A stretch of 64,000 nt of DNA, taken from IMG/VR virus record IMGVR_UViG_3300001199_000004. One strand, given 5' to 3'. This document shows positions 1-8,046 of the stretch, piece by piece (within the stretch, counting starts at the first letter, position 1; every line of letters begins with the position of its first letter). The position numbers and the translations under genes were made by a program. This stretch comes from a virus. Below the pieces are notes generated by a model, which was given only the letters and a program-made list of their open reading frames with translations, did not search any database and was not told the DNA's origin.

Positions 1-32
1 AACGTTTTACCACCATCTAAAGAGTATTTCAT
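1..32 (-). CDS. Partial gene running off the left edge (MKYSLDGGKT...), probably leaderless
   Basis: ATG lies 7 nt after TACCTT of the motif copy at 40-55. Confidence 0.5.
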   Translation of the reverse strand, partial: MKYSLDGGKT

Positions 33-39
33 ATGATTT

Positions 40-55
40 AAGGTACAATTAAATG
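40..55 (-). promoter_or_regulatory. Repeated phage promoter-like motif, copy 1
   Basis: CATTTAATTGTACCTT on the minus strand; contains the TAA stop of 49..726; ATG 7 nt downstream. Confidence 0.75.
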
Positions 56-726
56 GAACAGGTAGATTTCTTTTCGACTTTAGCAATCGCAGTCAAAATC
101 AAATCCTTGTTTTTTCTCAATAACTCCGTAGCTGAATCTCCAAACGCATAAGATTCATGAAGCAATCCAGATTCAATCAATTGAGTCCGCTTCGGCTCAT
201 AAATTTTAAGGCCATGATCGTAAACATGATCGTAAACATTAAAACCGCTGGAACCACACAATTCGTTAATCAATTCACTAAAATCATGTGGAATTGGTTG
301 AAACTTTTGGTAGTTAATTTCAATCCCACCATAAGAACTAACAGTATTGGTACGATTTACTACCTTGCCACGACAAGTAATTACCTTACTAACAGTTTCA
401 GTCAACACAGGCAATACTTTCAGTCGTAATTCATTTCCAGGTAACACCAAAACTTTGTCAGTTCTAAGTATGGCAGTTGTATTTTCCCTCTTATTTTCAA
501 TTCCATTCGCATATACATGGATAGAATTGAATTCAAAATTTGCCAAACCACCCTTTTTTGCCAAGAAATAAAACTTGACAATCCTCACATCCTTACGAAT
601 TGTTGATTTATCCTTGAACTCCTTACGGCCCAAAAATTTAATCCATTTGGGATAACTCAACAATTCACATTTTAAGGAATTATTGATGGTTTTAGTAATG
701 ACGAACTTATTATCGACGATTTCCAT
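49..726 (-). CDS. Hypothetical protein (225 aa)
   Basis: Long ORF; ATG exactly 7 nt after motif copy 2. Confidence 0.75.
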   Translation of the reverse strand: MEIVDNKFVITKTINNSLKCELLSYPKWIKFLGRKEFKDKSTIRKDVRIVKFYFLAKKGGLANFEFNSIHVYANGIENKRENTTAILRTDKVLVLPGNELRLKVLPVLTETVSKVITCRGKVVNRTNTVSSYGGIEINYQKFQPIPHDFSELINELCGSSGFNVYDHVYDHGLKIYEPKRTQLIESGLLHESYAFGDSATELLRKNKDLILTAIAKVEKKSTCSI

Positions 727-731
727 AATGT

Positions 732-1037
732 TTAAGGTACAATTAAATGATTTACAACTTTGATCTGATCGTAATATCGCATTGATTTCTTGGCCTTCAC
801 TTCACGGGCCTTTTTCGTAGACCCATTAATTTCAACCTCTTGGGGCTCACCACAAGGGCGACTATATTCATATGGAACGCCTTTGACTCCAGCTTTGATG
901 AAATATTTCTCTTGGTCCTTCATCGCCTTCTTAACGTAGTCAAGAGCGTCCTGATGGGTCATATGCAAGCTATAACCATCAGGACGGATTCCCCAACCTC
1001 GTTCACTCTCTTCCCAATGTTGAATAAATAATTTCAT
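732..1037 (-). CDS. Hypothetical phage protein (101 aa)
   Basis: ORF collinear with neighbours; WEESERGWGxRPDGYSLH segment. Confidence 0.75.
   Translation of the reverse strand: MKLFIQHWEESERGWGIRPDGYSLHMTHQDALDYVKKAMKDQEKYFIKAGVKGVPYEYSRPCGEPQEVEINGSTKKAREVKAKKSMRYYDQIKVVNHLIVP
734..749 (-). promoter_or_regulatory. Repeated motif, copy 2
   Basis: CATTTAATTGTACCTT-AAACATT-ATG; encodes the HLIVP* end of the upstream gene. Confidence 0.75.
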
Positions 1038-1192
1038 AAGTGTGGCACTACTGGTTACGGCTGAATTAGTTCATGCTTCTCCACGGCCTAAATGTGGACG
1101 CACACTTATTATACTCTACTTAATGGAGACAGGTAGTGATTTCTCAATCTTTATGGCAGTAGCCGAAGCAACTTATAGCCACCCGTCAAATA

Positions 1193-1591
1193 TTACTTTA
1201 CTGACTCCACTGGCTTTTCCATCACTGCCAAAACACTCTCTGGGAAGCGGTCAAATTCCTCAAGACCAAATTGACGGAAGTAAGCACCCCAAAATTCACG
1301 CCGCTGAGCCACAGTACAACCCAACTGCCGCAAAGCCTTGGCCAAACTACGCTTCCGAGAAAGCGGCTTGTTCGGCGTCTTGCTGTCCAAAACACCCACT
1401 TCCACCAACCGCTCGTAATTGTCCTTGCCCTTGCCCGCACGGTCAATCACCGTGCTAATCAAACAAAATGCCTTCATTCGCTTCGCAGAAGTAGCAACAC
1501 CGCCCATCTTCTGCTTCGACGTAAGTTCAACCGCAAAACGACTAAAACGAACGTCAAACAAACCACCCGTAACCAAATTTGCAACTCGCAT
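1193..1591 (-). CDS. Hypothetical protein (start revised to MRVANL)
   Basis: ATG preceded by AGGA; the track's TTG start lies inside the motif. Confidence 0.65.
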   Translation of the reverse strand: MRVANLVTGGLFDVRFSRFAVELTSKQKMGGVATSAKRMKAFCLISTVIDRAGKGKDNYERLVEVGVLDSKTPNKPLSRKRSLAKALRQLGCTVAQRREFWGAYFRQFGLEEFDRFPESVLAVMEKPVESVK

Positions 1592-1624
1592 ATTAATTCC
1601 TATTAAAAGATGACAACTAACTTT

Positions 1625-1640
1625 AAGGTACAATCAAATC
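1625..1640 (-). promoter_or_regulatory. Repeated motif, copy 3
   Basis: GATTTGATTGTACCTT, intergenic. Confidence 0.7.
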
Positions 1641-1645
1641 AAATC

Positions 1646-2161
1646 CTACTCTTCTTCAATTTCTTCGTAGACAATTTTAATCTTCTTCGTCTTTACCGAA
1701 TTGTCCACAACCACAATCTTGCCAATGTCCCCAGACTCCTCACCATCCCAATCAATTTCACCATTCAAAACACAATGCCACGGGTCGAAAAACTTTTTAA
1801 TCATATATCGAAGCCACTCAACATAATAATAAAACTTCTCTCCACCATCCCATTCTAAAGTTTTCCCATCTTCACTCACAACCCATTGACACCACAATCC
1901 AGGCTGAGTGCTTGGCGGGTTATTATTGTCAACAACGTCTTTTTGGTCATATCCATGTTGCCCGCCGCCAACATAAAATTCACCATCAATACCAACTGGC
2001 AAACCTACGGCCTCTCGTAAAATATCAGGATATTGTGCTGCTACCTCTGCCCGCCGCTTCATCCGACGAGAGCCAGAAAAAGCATTGATATAAGCTACTT
2101 GCCCTGCAGTCAATGCAGGCTCAATGTTACATTGACCACTAAAATCAGTATGATAACCCAT
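1646..2161 (-). CDS. Hypothetical phage protein (171 aa)
   Basis: ORF with SD; PGLWCQW...WDGGEKFYYYVEWL segment. Confidence 0.8.
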   Translation of the reverse strand: MGYHTDFSGQCNIEPALTAGQVAYINAFSGSRRMKRRAEVAAQYPDILREAVGLPVGIDGEFYVGGGQHGYDQKDVVDNNNPPSTQPGLWCQWVVSEDGKTLEWDGGEKFYYYVEWLRYMIKKFFDPWHCVLNGEIDWDGEESGDIGKIVVVDNSVKTKKIKIVYEEIEEE

Positions 2162-2194
2162 TGTTTTCCTTTATTGTTGTGTCGTATAGTCTAT

Positions 2195-2210
2195 AAGGTA
2201 CAATTAAATG
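2195..2210 (-). promoter_or_regulatory. Repeated motif, copy 4
   Basis: CATTTAATTGTACCTT; contains the stop of 2204..2380. Confidence 0.75.
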
Positions 2211-2380
2211 ATACGTTCAAAATCAACCCGACTCTTTTTAATCATTTGAAAATCTTTCTCACCAATCACATCAATGTCATTGCCATTAGGGTAAATATAG
2301 GCAACAACATAATCTTGATTTTCAAATTCGGGAAAACCACCAATATAACGGCACTTTTCCCATTGCTTAGGATTTTTCAT
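2204..2380 (-). CDS. Small hypothetical protein (58 aa, MKNPKQWEKC...), not in the ORF track
   Basis: Translated by hand; ATGA overlap with the J-domain gene; ends in motif copy 4. Confidence 0.6.
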   Translation of the reverse strand: MKNPKQWEKCRYIGGFPEFENQDYVVAYIYPNGNDIDVIGEKDFQMIKKSRVDFERII

Positions 2381-2709
2381 TTCTTAAACCTTGCCTCAAG
2401 AACCTCATAGGCAGCGTTGATCTTCTTCATCGACTCAACATCACCACCCTTATCAGGATGATGCTTAATCGCCAACTTACGATACATCTTCACCACATCA
2501 GCCCAAGTCGAATCACCCTTCAAACCAAATACCACCATCGGGTCATCTGAACCCAATATCTCTACCGCCTTGTCAAAACCCATGCGGTCAAAGAAATCAC
2601 CACGCCATTCCGAAGCAGAACCCCGTGGACCCTCATACTGCTCATAACCTTCAAGAAATCCCTTTTTAGGCTTTTTTCCAGTTCTTGTCAACGAATTTCT
2701 CCCGTCCAA
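2377..2709 (-). CDS. J-domain (DnaJ-type) protein
   Basis: YRKLAIKHHPDKGG...KINAAYEVL: HPD motif and J-domain helix pattern. Confidence 0.85.
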   Translation of the reverse strand: MDGRNSLTRTGKKPKKGFLEGYEQYEGPRGSASEWRGDFFDRMGFDKAVEILGSDDPMVVFGLKGDSTWADVVKMYRKLAIKHHPDKGGDVESMKKINAAYEVLEARFKK

Positions 2710-2927
2710 GGTTCCTCATGAGTAGGCAAACCCATTGCCTCCAAATGCTTACACTTACGATGACGTTTCCAACCAGGACAATCACAGGCCCAATGATGCT
2801 TTTTCTTGTGATGAGCTACCGTATAAAGACTGCCGCTACTTTCACTGCGAATTTTGAATCTATGCTCCCACAAATCATTGTCGGGCAATGTAATTGAACC
2901 GCGAGGCTTGTAAAGTACCAAACTCAT
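2688..2927 (-). CDS. SWIM-type zinc-finger protein
   Basis: YTV...WACDCPGW...KCKH (CxC...CxH). Confidence 0.75.
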   Translation of the reverse strand: MSLVLYKPRGSITLPDNDLWEHRFKIRSESSGSLYTVAHHKKKHHWACDCPGWKRHRKCKHLEAMGLPTHEEPWTGEIR

Positions 2928-2947
2928 AAATTTTTCCTTTATCTTCT

Positions 2948-2963
2948 AAGGTACAATCAAATG
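2948..2963 (-). promoter_or_regulatory. Repeated motif, copy 5
   Basis: CATTTGATTGTACCTT-AGAAGAT-AAAGGAAAAATTT-ATG. Confidence 0.75.
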
Positions 2964-2966
2964 AAA

Positions 2967-3449
2967 TTACGTATTCTGAGAATTCAACCAAGCTTGTTGG
3001 GCATAAGCATAACTGCAATAAGCCATTCCATTTACAATCCAATGTCCAGCATTGTTTTGTGTAATACCTGCCTTCGCCAAAACTTCCTCAAAATGAACAT
3101 TGCTGTCCTTAGGATGATGCTTTAGAAAATATTCTTTGGTGGGCTTCATTATAAGCCCCTCATGATTATAATCCTTTTCTTTCTTTTCAAACAATAATTT
3201 TGCATCATCAAATCCATAGCCCAAACTAAGCTCATCACCTACAACCTGTAATATCTCAAAACATTGCTTGTCAAAAATATAAGTAGGCCCTAATATAGCT
3301 TCAAACAAAGCCGTACTAATCGCCGCCTCTAAACCCTGACATACCGATGAAGATGTCATACAATCACCAACAAACCACTCACCATCCTTATCACAAATTT
3401 CTTCTACCAATTTGACCACTGCCAAATTAGACCTATTTAATCCAAGCAT
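2967..3449 (-). CDS. Hypothetical protein (160 aa)
   Basis: ORF collinear with neighbours. Confidence 0.65.
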   Translation of the reverse strand: MLGLNRSNLAVVKLVEEICDKDGEWFVGDCMTSSSVCQGLEAAISTALFEAILGPTYIFDKQCFEILQVVGDELSLGYGFDDAKLLFEKKEKDYNHEGLIMKPTKEYFLKHHPKDSNVHFEEVLAKAGITQNNAGHWIVNGMAYCSYAYAQQAWLNSQNT

Positions 3450-3454
3450 ATTAC

Positions 3455-4213
3455 CTAAACTGCCACAGATGACAGTTCCTTAAACTTTGAAACTCTAATC
3501 GGAACTGGGATGTCTACCCCATTCAATTCCGCAGTCGCCAACCAATCAATTTGAGTGTGCTTAACCCGCCAAGCAAATCCTGTGTCATCACGAGCCACAC
3601 ATAAACGACGCTTACTGTTCACTGTAGAAACAGTATAAATCATCGACTCACCAACATTCAACTTAATCTTCATCCCCACCGACAAATCAACAATATGACG
3701 GCAAGCCAACTCTTTCCAACAATTCTCCCGTCCAACCTCTAATGATTGATGCACAACATGCTCAAAATTATAAGGTACAACGGAATGATTCGCAAATAAC
3801 TTCAAATAAGACTTCTTTTCAGTCGTTCCAGTATGAGCCACTAATCGAACACAATCCGTCCAACCATCATTGCCACCACCACCACCAGATACATTCAAAA
3901 TAAATGGAACTCCACCCATTTGACACTTCACATAGCTATATCCTTTTTCTGGAATCAATTCAATTTGGTCCTTAGGAACCAAAAAATGAAACTCCACTCC
4001 AGCCTTGGCAGTCCAAAACTTAGAACCACCAGAACGATAATGCTTATATTCAAAAATAGCACTCTGTTTGGCTGCAACCTTTTCATGCTCAAATGATGCC
4101 GCAGCACAATTAAATGGAACCCCAACCACCAAAATGATATGGTCCCCTTCAGGCAACATTATCCGATAGTCTTCAGCAATCTTAAAACATGTACCTGCAT
4201 TGCTCATTAACAT
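3455..4213 (-). CDS. Hypothetical protein (252 aa)
   Basis: Long ORF with SD, downstream of motif copy 7. Confidence 0.75.
   Translation of the reverse strand: MLMSNAGTCFKIAEDYRIMLPEGDHIILVVGVPFNCAAASFEHEKVAAKQSAIFEYKHYRSGGSKFWTAKAGVEFHFLVPKDQIELIPEKGYSYVKCQMGGVPFILNVSGGGGGNDGWTDCVRLVAHTGTTEKKSYLKLFANHSVVPYNFEHVVHQSLEVGRENCWKELACRHIVDLSVGMKIKLNVGESMIYTVSTVNSKRRLCVARDDTGFAWRVKHTQIDWLATAELNGVDIPVPIRVSKFKELSSVAV
3772..3787 (-). promoter_or_regulatory. Repeated motif, intragenic variant, copy 6
   Basis: CATTCCGTTGTACCTT inside 3455..4213. Confidence 0.4.
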
Positions 4214-4236
4214 TTTTATTTTTCCTTATAGCCTTT

Positions 4237-4252
4237 AAGGTACAATCAATTC
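4237..4252 (-). promoter_or_regulatory. Repeated motif, copy 7
   Basis: GAATTGATTGTACCTT-AAAGGCT-ATAAGGAAAAATAAAA-ATG. Confidence 0.7.
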
Positions 4253-4253
4253 A

Positions 4254-4469
4254 TTACGACTTAGCTTGATCTAAATGCGGGGTTAAATCAATTATAATTA
4301 ACCCGTCAGTTGCCACAACATGCTGAAACTGTTCGCCTTTTTTATTAAATCGCACTAGTCTTTTTGGAGCAAACCCTTTTACTCGTTTACAGAACCATTG
4401 AGCGGCAGAGACGCAACCCATACGTCGCTTTTTATTTTGCCATTCTCTAATTGCTTGTGAAATGTTCAC
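4254..4469 (-). CDS. Hypothetical protein (71 aa)
   Basis: Overlaps the upstream stop; collinear. Confidence 0.6.
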   Translation of the reverse strand: MNISQAIREWQNKKRRMGCVSAAQWFCKRVKGFAPKRLVRFNKKGEQFQHVVATDGLIIIDLTPHLDQAKS

Positions 4470-4690
4470 ATTACCACCCTAAAATCATCGGGAATAGTAG
4501 ATCCCTCAATCACTGGATTCGTTTCCCATGCCCTTTTGGCAGAACGAAAACCCAACCGCTCAGCAAGAGCATATATTTCAGAATATGCCTTAAATTCCTC
4601 AAAAGAATCGTAATTGGCCTGCAGCCGACAACGATATCCCATCAAACCACTTTGACAACGCACACGGTAAGTTCTATTTGTTTTATACAT
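4466..4690 (-). CDS. Hypothetical protein (74 aa), probably leaderless
   Basis: ATG 7 nt after motif copy 8. Confidence 0.7.
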   Translation of the reverse strand: MYKTNRTYRVRCQSGLMGYRCRLQANYDSFEEFKAYSEIYALAERLGFRSAKRAWETNPVIEGSTIPDDFRVVM

Positions 4691-4697
4691 AACCTTT

Positions 4698-4713
4698 AAG
4701 GTACAATCAAATG
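4698..4713 (-). promoter_or_regulatory. Repeated motif, copy 8
   Basis: CATTTGATTGTACCTT-AAAGGTT-ATG. Confidence 0.75.
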
Positions 4714-4714
4714 A

Positions 4715-5158
4715 CTAACCAGAAGAATCAACCCCCTCGATCATCGCACACTTCGTACACTGATTCACATGATAACAATTGCCATAATGAGGAACCTTAT
4801 GAAGGGCACACCATTCCATATTCTTTTCTTCCCAAATATGGGCACATCCAAGTCGCAAATAAATCGGCTCTTCAGTCCAAACGATTTTGTTTTCCTTCAG
4901 TGTCCAAGCTGATGGTTTAACAATACCTAAACCATGAGTATGTCCATACTCCAAATAAACATTTTTATAATACTTTTGAGTAATGCCTCCAATCATCAAC
5001 ACTTGCCTAAATTCCTGATACTGATAATGCTCATGATGCAAACTCCAGTATTCATGCCAATCAATAATGGAATGAGGCTCAGGCAAATCATTGAATCCGC
5101 CAATGTTCTTAAGATAAGGAAATGATGGAACCTTCTCACAATTAACTAATTTGTACAC
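4715..5158 (-). CDS. Hypothetical protein with C-terminal Cys/His cluster
   Basis: ORF; GCAH...CYH...CTKC. Confidence 0.7.
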   Translation of the reverse strand: MYKLVNCEKVPSFPYLKNIGGFNDLPEPHSIIDWHEYWSLHHEHYQYQEFRQVLMIGGITQKYYKNVYLEYGHTHGLGIVKPSAWTLKENKIVWTEEPIYLRLGCAHIWEEKNMEWCALHKVPHYGNCYHVNQCTKCAMIEGVDSSG

Positions 5159-5538
5159 ATTCGCTCCTTAATTAATTCTGCCGTCTCATACCATGCAAAA
5201 CAATCCGAATTGTCACCGGAAAACCACTTCTGGCCGCTTTCATCCTTATAAAATCGACAACCTTGCTCGTCGTAAGCCCATTCCCATTTGGGATTTTCGC
5301 CCCAAACTATATGCCTAAACAAATTATTGTAAAAACCTAGTGCCCAAGCATGGTCTTCATCTAACTCATCTGGAATAGTATCAATATAACCTACCCATTT
5401 ACCCAAATCCTTCCTACCCAACCTCTTCAGCTTACGAAACGACTTACACGCCTTTTCCGCAAAACAAACATCCGTTCCATGATAAATGGCAATCGGGGCT
5501 ACCAAATCAAACAACATTTCATTTAATTCTTTATTCAT
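5146..5538 (-). CDS. Hypothetical protein (130 aa), probably leaderless
   Basis: ATG 7 nt after motif copy 9. Confidence 0.7.
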   Translation of the reverse strand: MNKELNEMLFDLVAPIAIYHGTDVCFAEKACKSFRKLKRLGRKDLGKWVGYIDTIPDELDEDHAWALGFYNNLFRHIVWGENPKWEWAYDEQGCRFYKDESGQKWFSGDNSDCFAWYETAELIKERMCTN

Positions 5539-5545
5539 ATCATTT

Positions 5546-5561
5546 AAGGTACAATTAAATG
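5546..5561 (-). promoter_or_regulatory. Repeated motif, copy 9
   Basis: CATTTAATTGTACCTT-AAATGAT-ATG; contains the stop of 5555..5836. Confidence 0.75.
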
Positions 5562-5836
5562 GATTTTAACTCTTCGTCCCATGCCGCCTGCAACTCAGCA
5601 TAATCTTCGTCAATATCACCACCAAATTTTAGAATGTCAAAACCATGTTGTCGGTCTAAGTCATTGTCCCCATTGATTTTAAGAATGTTCAAACCTTGAT
5701 GGTATCCACCATAAACATGAAACAAAACACAATTACAAGGATCTTTAATGGACATGCCAATACACTTCTTCCGCCAACTACGATCACCAATATTTACATC
5801 AATCACAGCCGCTCCACGAGATACATTTTCTTTCAT
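5555..5836 (-). CDS. Hypothetical protein (93 aa)
   Basis: ORF with AAGGA SD. Confidence 0.7.
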   Translation of the reverse strand: MKENVSRGAAVIDVNIGDRSWRKKCIGMSIKDPCNCVLFHVYGGYHQGLNILKINGDNDLDRQHGFDILKFGGDIDEDYAELQAAWDEELKSI

Positions 5837-5853
5837 GTTTTATCCTTTATATT

Positions 5854-5889
5854 AAAAAATCCCCCCAAGGAAAAATCCAAGGGGGGATT
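5854..5889 (-). terminator. Intrinsic terminator
   Basis: AATCCCCCC...GGGGGGATT stem with T-tract on the minus strand, just after 5914..6237. Confidence 0.75.
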
Positions 5890-5913
5890 CATAAATCCTA
5901 TCTCTGTCAAGAC

Positions 5914-6237
5914 TTACGCGACTTGAGCCACTTCCTCAGCAACCTCAGAAGCCACTACTTCCGCCTTGGCAACCACAGGGCGACCACGAGTCAACTCGAC
6001 ATTGTGACCCTTGCACAACTTGCCCGCAGTCGGAGCCGAAATCGACACCTTCTCCGAAGCCTTCTCAGACGAACCCACCTTCGCTTGGAAGGTTACACCC
6101 TCAGTGGCAAGGAAAATCAGGCCGTACTTAATGCCCTTCTCCTTCAACACCTTGACCACGGCCTTTTCACGGGCATTGGCCGACTTCACATCGTAAGCAA
6201 ACGCACAAGGACGACCAACCGAATTCTTTTCCGACAT
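5914..6237 (-). CDS. Small Ala/Lys/Val-rich protein, possibly DNA-binding
   Basis: GGGAG SD; own terminator; two GRP (AT-hook-like) motifs; function inferred only. Confidence 0.7.
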   Translation of the reverse strand: MSEKNSVGRPCAFAYDVKSANAREKAVVKVLKEKGIKYGLIFLATEGVTFQAKVGSSEKASEKVSISAPTAGKLCKGHNVELTRGRPVVAKAEVVASEVAEEVAQVA

Positions 6238-6314
6238 CTAAACAACTCCCTATAAAAAGTATCAACCACCCTATCTTAATCGAATCACTCGACTCGACTT
6301 TTCTCATAACCTCT

Positions 6315-6330
6315 AAGGTACAATCAAATG
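6315..6330 (-). promoter_or_regulatory. Repeated motif, copy 10
   Basis: CATTTGATTGTACCTT-AGAGGTT-A. Confidence 0.75.
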
Positions 6331-6331
6331 A

Positions 6332-6508
6332 TTATCTTAAACTTTCATGCTTCTTTTCAATAATCATAAAAACTATTGCATTAATCATTAACACAAAAAA
6401 CGCAATGAATTGCTGCCCAGGCGATGGAACCATCAAACCAGTTTTCCATAAAAATGAACAAACCAGAGCTTGACCAGCCATGCCAGAAACAAAAGTTGAA
6501 GTTTTCAT
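6332..6508 (-). CDS. Small membrane protein (start revised to MKTSTF)
   Basis: Two hydrophobic stretches; SD after motif copy 11. Confidence 0.6.
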   Translation of the reverse strand: MKTSTFVSGMAGQALVCSFLWKTGLMVPSPGQQFIAFFVLMINAIVFMIIEKKHESLR

Positions 6509-6529
6509 TTTCTTTTCCTTATAACCTCT

Positions 6530-6545
6530 AAGGTACAATCAAATG
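6530..6545 (-). promoter_or_regulatory. Repeated motif, copy 11
   Basis: CATTTGATTGTACCTT-AGAGGTT-ATAAGGAAAAGAAA-ATG. Confidence 0.75.
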
Positions 6546-6546
6546 A

Positions 6547-6894
6547 TTATCTTGCAAATCTTTCCTGCAGACCAATCACAATAAATGGAGCTAACTCCAA
6601 ATTATCATCAGATAACAATGTGTCTATCTGTTCTTCTAACGTCCCAGAACCACAAATAGACGTAAGTTCACAGTTGTTCCCACCGTAATTCAAAAACTCT
6701 AACCGAAACTCATTCCATGTTATAGAATAAAGAAATTGAATGTGAGTCCCGCCTGCATCGTTCACTGGGATATTCAAACACCAAAAATGTTCAGACATTT
6801 GAACAAATCCACACTTAAATCCCCAACGATGAAGCAGTTTACGAACATTATTCAAAAATTGAACCGCTTGAGTATTGTATTTTTTTAATTGCAT
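6547..6894 (-). CDS. Hypothetical protein (start revised to MQLKKY)
   Basis: The track's start overlaps the terminator hairpin. Confidence 0.6.
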   Translation of the reverse strand: MQLKKYNTQAVQFLNNVRKLLHRWGFKCGFVQMSEHFWCLNIPVNDAGGTHIQFLYSITWNEFRLEFLNYGGNNCELTSICGSGTLEEQIDTLLSDDNLELAPFIVIGLQERFAR

Positions 6895-6902
6895 ATTATT
6901 TA

Positions 6903-6943
6903 AAAATGAAAAATGGGTTGGGGCACAATTACCCCAACCCATT
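6903..6943 (-). terminator. Intrinsic terminator abutting motif copy 12
   Basis: AATGGGTTGGGG-TAATTGTG-CCCCAACCCATT followed by TTTCATTTTT on the minus strand. Confidence 0.75.
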
Positions 6944-6959
6944 AAGGTACAATCAAATC
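6944..6959 (-). promoter_or_regulatory. Repeated motif, copy 12
   Basis: GATTTGATTGTACCTT directly after the stop of 6958..7269. Confidence 0.65.
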
Positions 6960-7269
6960 ACTTGCCACGAGACAACTTAGATCCAGTCCGACTTACCTTC
7001 CGACCATCTTCCAATCGATCCTGGTAAGCGTTCTGATTCGGTCCCAATGAAGTATCCTTACACAACCATGTAGCACGATTGTCAATTTCCTCATAAAACG
7101 CATACAACGCAGAATCAACCTTGCCTCCCTTAGCCTCAACCTCATTAATGTGCTTCTTCAACACACTAATCAACTCTTCAGCTAAAGATAAATTGAAACT
7201 ACATACAAAATCCCCGAAAACATAACGATAAACACTAAACTTCGGAGCCTCGTCCAAACTACTACTCAT
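6958..7269 (-). CDS. Hypothetical protein (start revised to MSSSLD)
   Basis: GAGGG SD before the ATG; sigma70-like promoter upstream. Confidence 0.65.
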   Translation of the reverse strand: MSSSLDEAPKFSVYRYVFGDFVCSFNLSLAEELISVLKKHINEVEAKGGKVDSALYAFYEEIDNRATWLCKDTSLGPNQNAYQDRLEDGRKVSRTGSKLSRGK

Positions 7270-7324
7270 TGAATTCCCTCTATAGTTGTAAAATACAAGT
7301 AGCCAATAAACCACCTATATTCCC

Positions 7325-7352
7325 ATCTTACCTCACAAATTCTACCTGTCAA
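7325..7352 (-). promoter_or_regulatory. Host sigma70-type promoter
   Basis: TTGACA-16 nt-TAAGAT on the minus strand, intergenic. Confidence 0.6.
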
Positions 7353-7355
7353 CCA

Positions 7356-7580
7356 TTATTTTCTAAGAACATTGTCCCTTATCATAAAATATAAAAACAT
7401 CACCAAAAATGCCAATAATGTCCAAAACCAATTAATGGCACCCAAAAATGAAAAAAATACTGCCGAAGCATAATCATCGTCTGGAAGCTCCGACCAATAA
7501 CATATTACCGTACTTATCACAAATATAACAATGGCTATACCCAAGTAAACCTGGATAAGCCATAAGGGAATATACATCAT
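7356..7580 (-). CDS. Small two-TM membrane protein
   Basis: Two long hydrophobic segments. Confidence 0.65.
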   Translation of the reverse strand: MMYIPLWLIQVYLGIAIVIFVISTVICYWSELPDDDYASAVFFSFLGAINWFWTLLAFLVMFLYFMIRDNVLRK

Positions 7581-7804
7581 TCATCTTCAATTCGTAAAAG
7601 TGGCCCCCACCATGCTCGTTTCTTTGCCATCTCAATAGCATCATAACCAACATGCTGCATTATATCAGCCAACTCCTGATCCATCGCACGTAAACATCGT
7701 CCATGAAAATCAACCTTTTGTTTTAATTTAAAATGATTAATCGTTAAATAGCAAGTTAATGCCATCCAAGATAACATCACCAAAATAAAAAGCCAAGCCC
7801 CCAT
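7577..7804 (-). CDS. Hypothetical protein with N-terminal TM
   Basis: Overlapping start/stop with neighbours. Confidence 0.6.
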   Translation of the reverse strand: MGAWLFILVMLSWMALTCYLTINHFKLKQKVDFHGRCLRAMDQELADIMQHVGYDAIEMAKKRAWWGPLLRIEDE

Positions 7805-8046
7805 TATCTTGTCTCAAATGATTTAATGCCTGTCACAATATCAGACCTATGGCGACTTACCAAATTGTAAGCAGTAACCAAATCATCCAATAAATATGTT
7901 TCCCGATGACGTAACACCAAATCTCCATTATCGTCCAAACCTACCTCGAAAAATAAATTCTGACTAAATAATGGACATATCATCATCATCTGGTCACGGT
8001 CTATGACCACAATGCTATAACTCTTCTCTACTATCGTTTTACGCAT
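7804..8046 (-). CDS. Hypothetical protein (80 aa)
   Basis: Overlapping start/stop with neighbours. Confidence 0.6.
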   Translation of the reverse strand: MRKTIVEKSYSIVVIDRDQMMMICPLFSQNLFFEVGLDDNGDLVLRHRETYLLDDLVTAYNLVSRHRSDIVTGIKSFETR

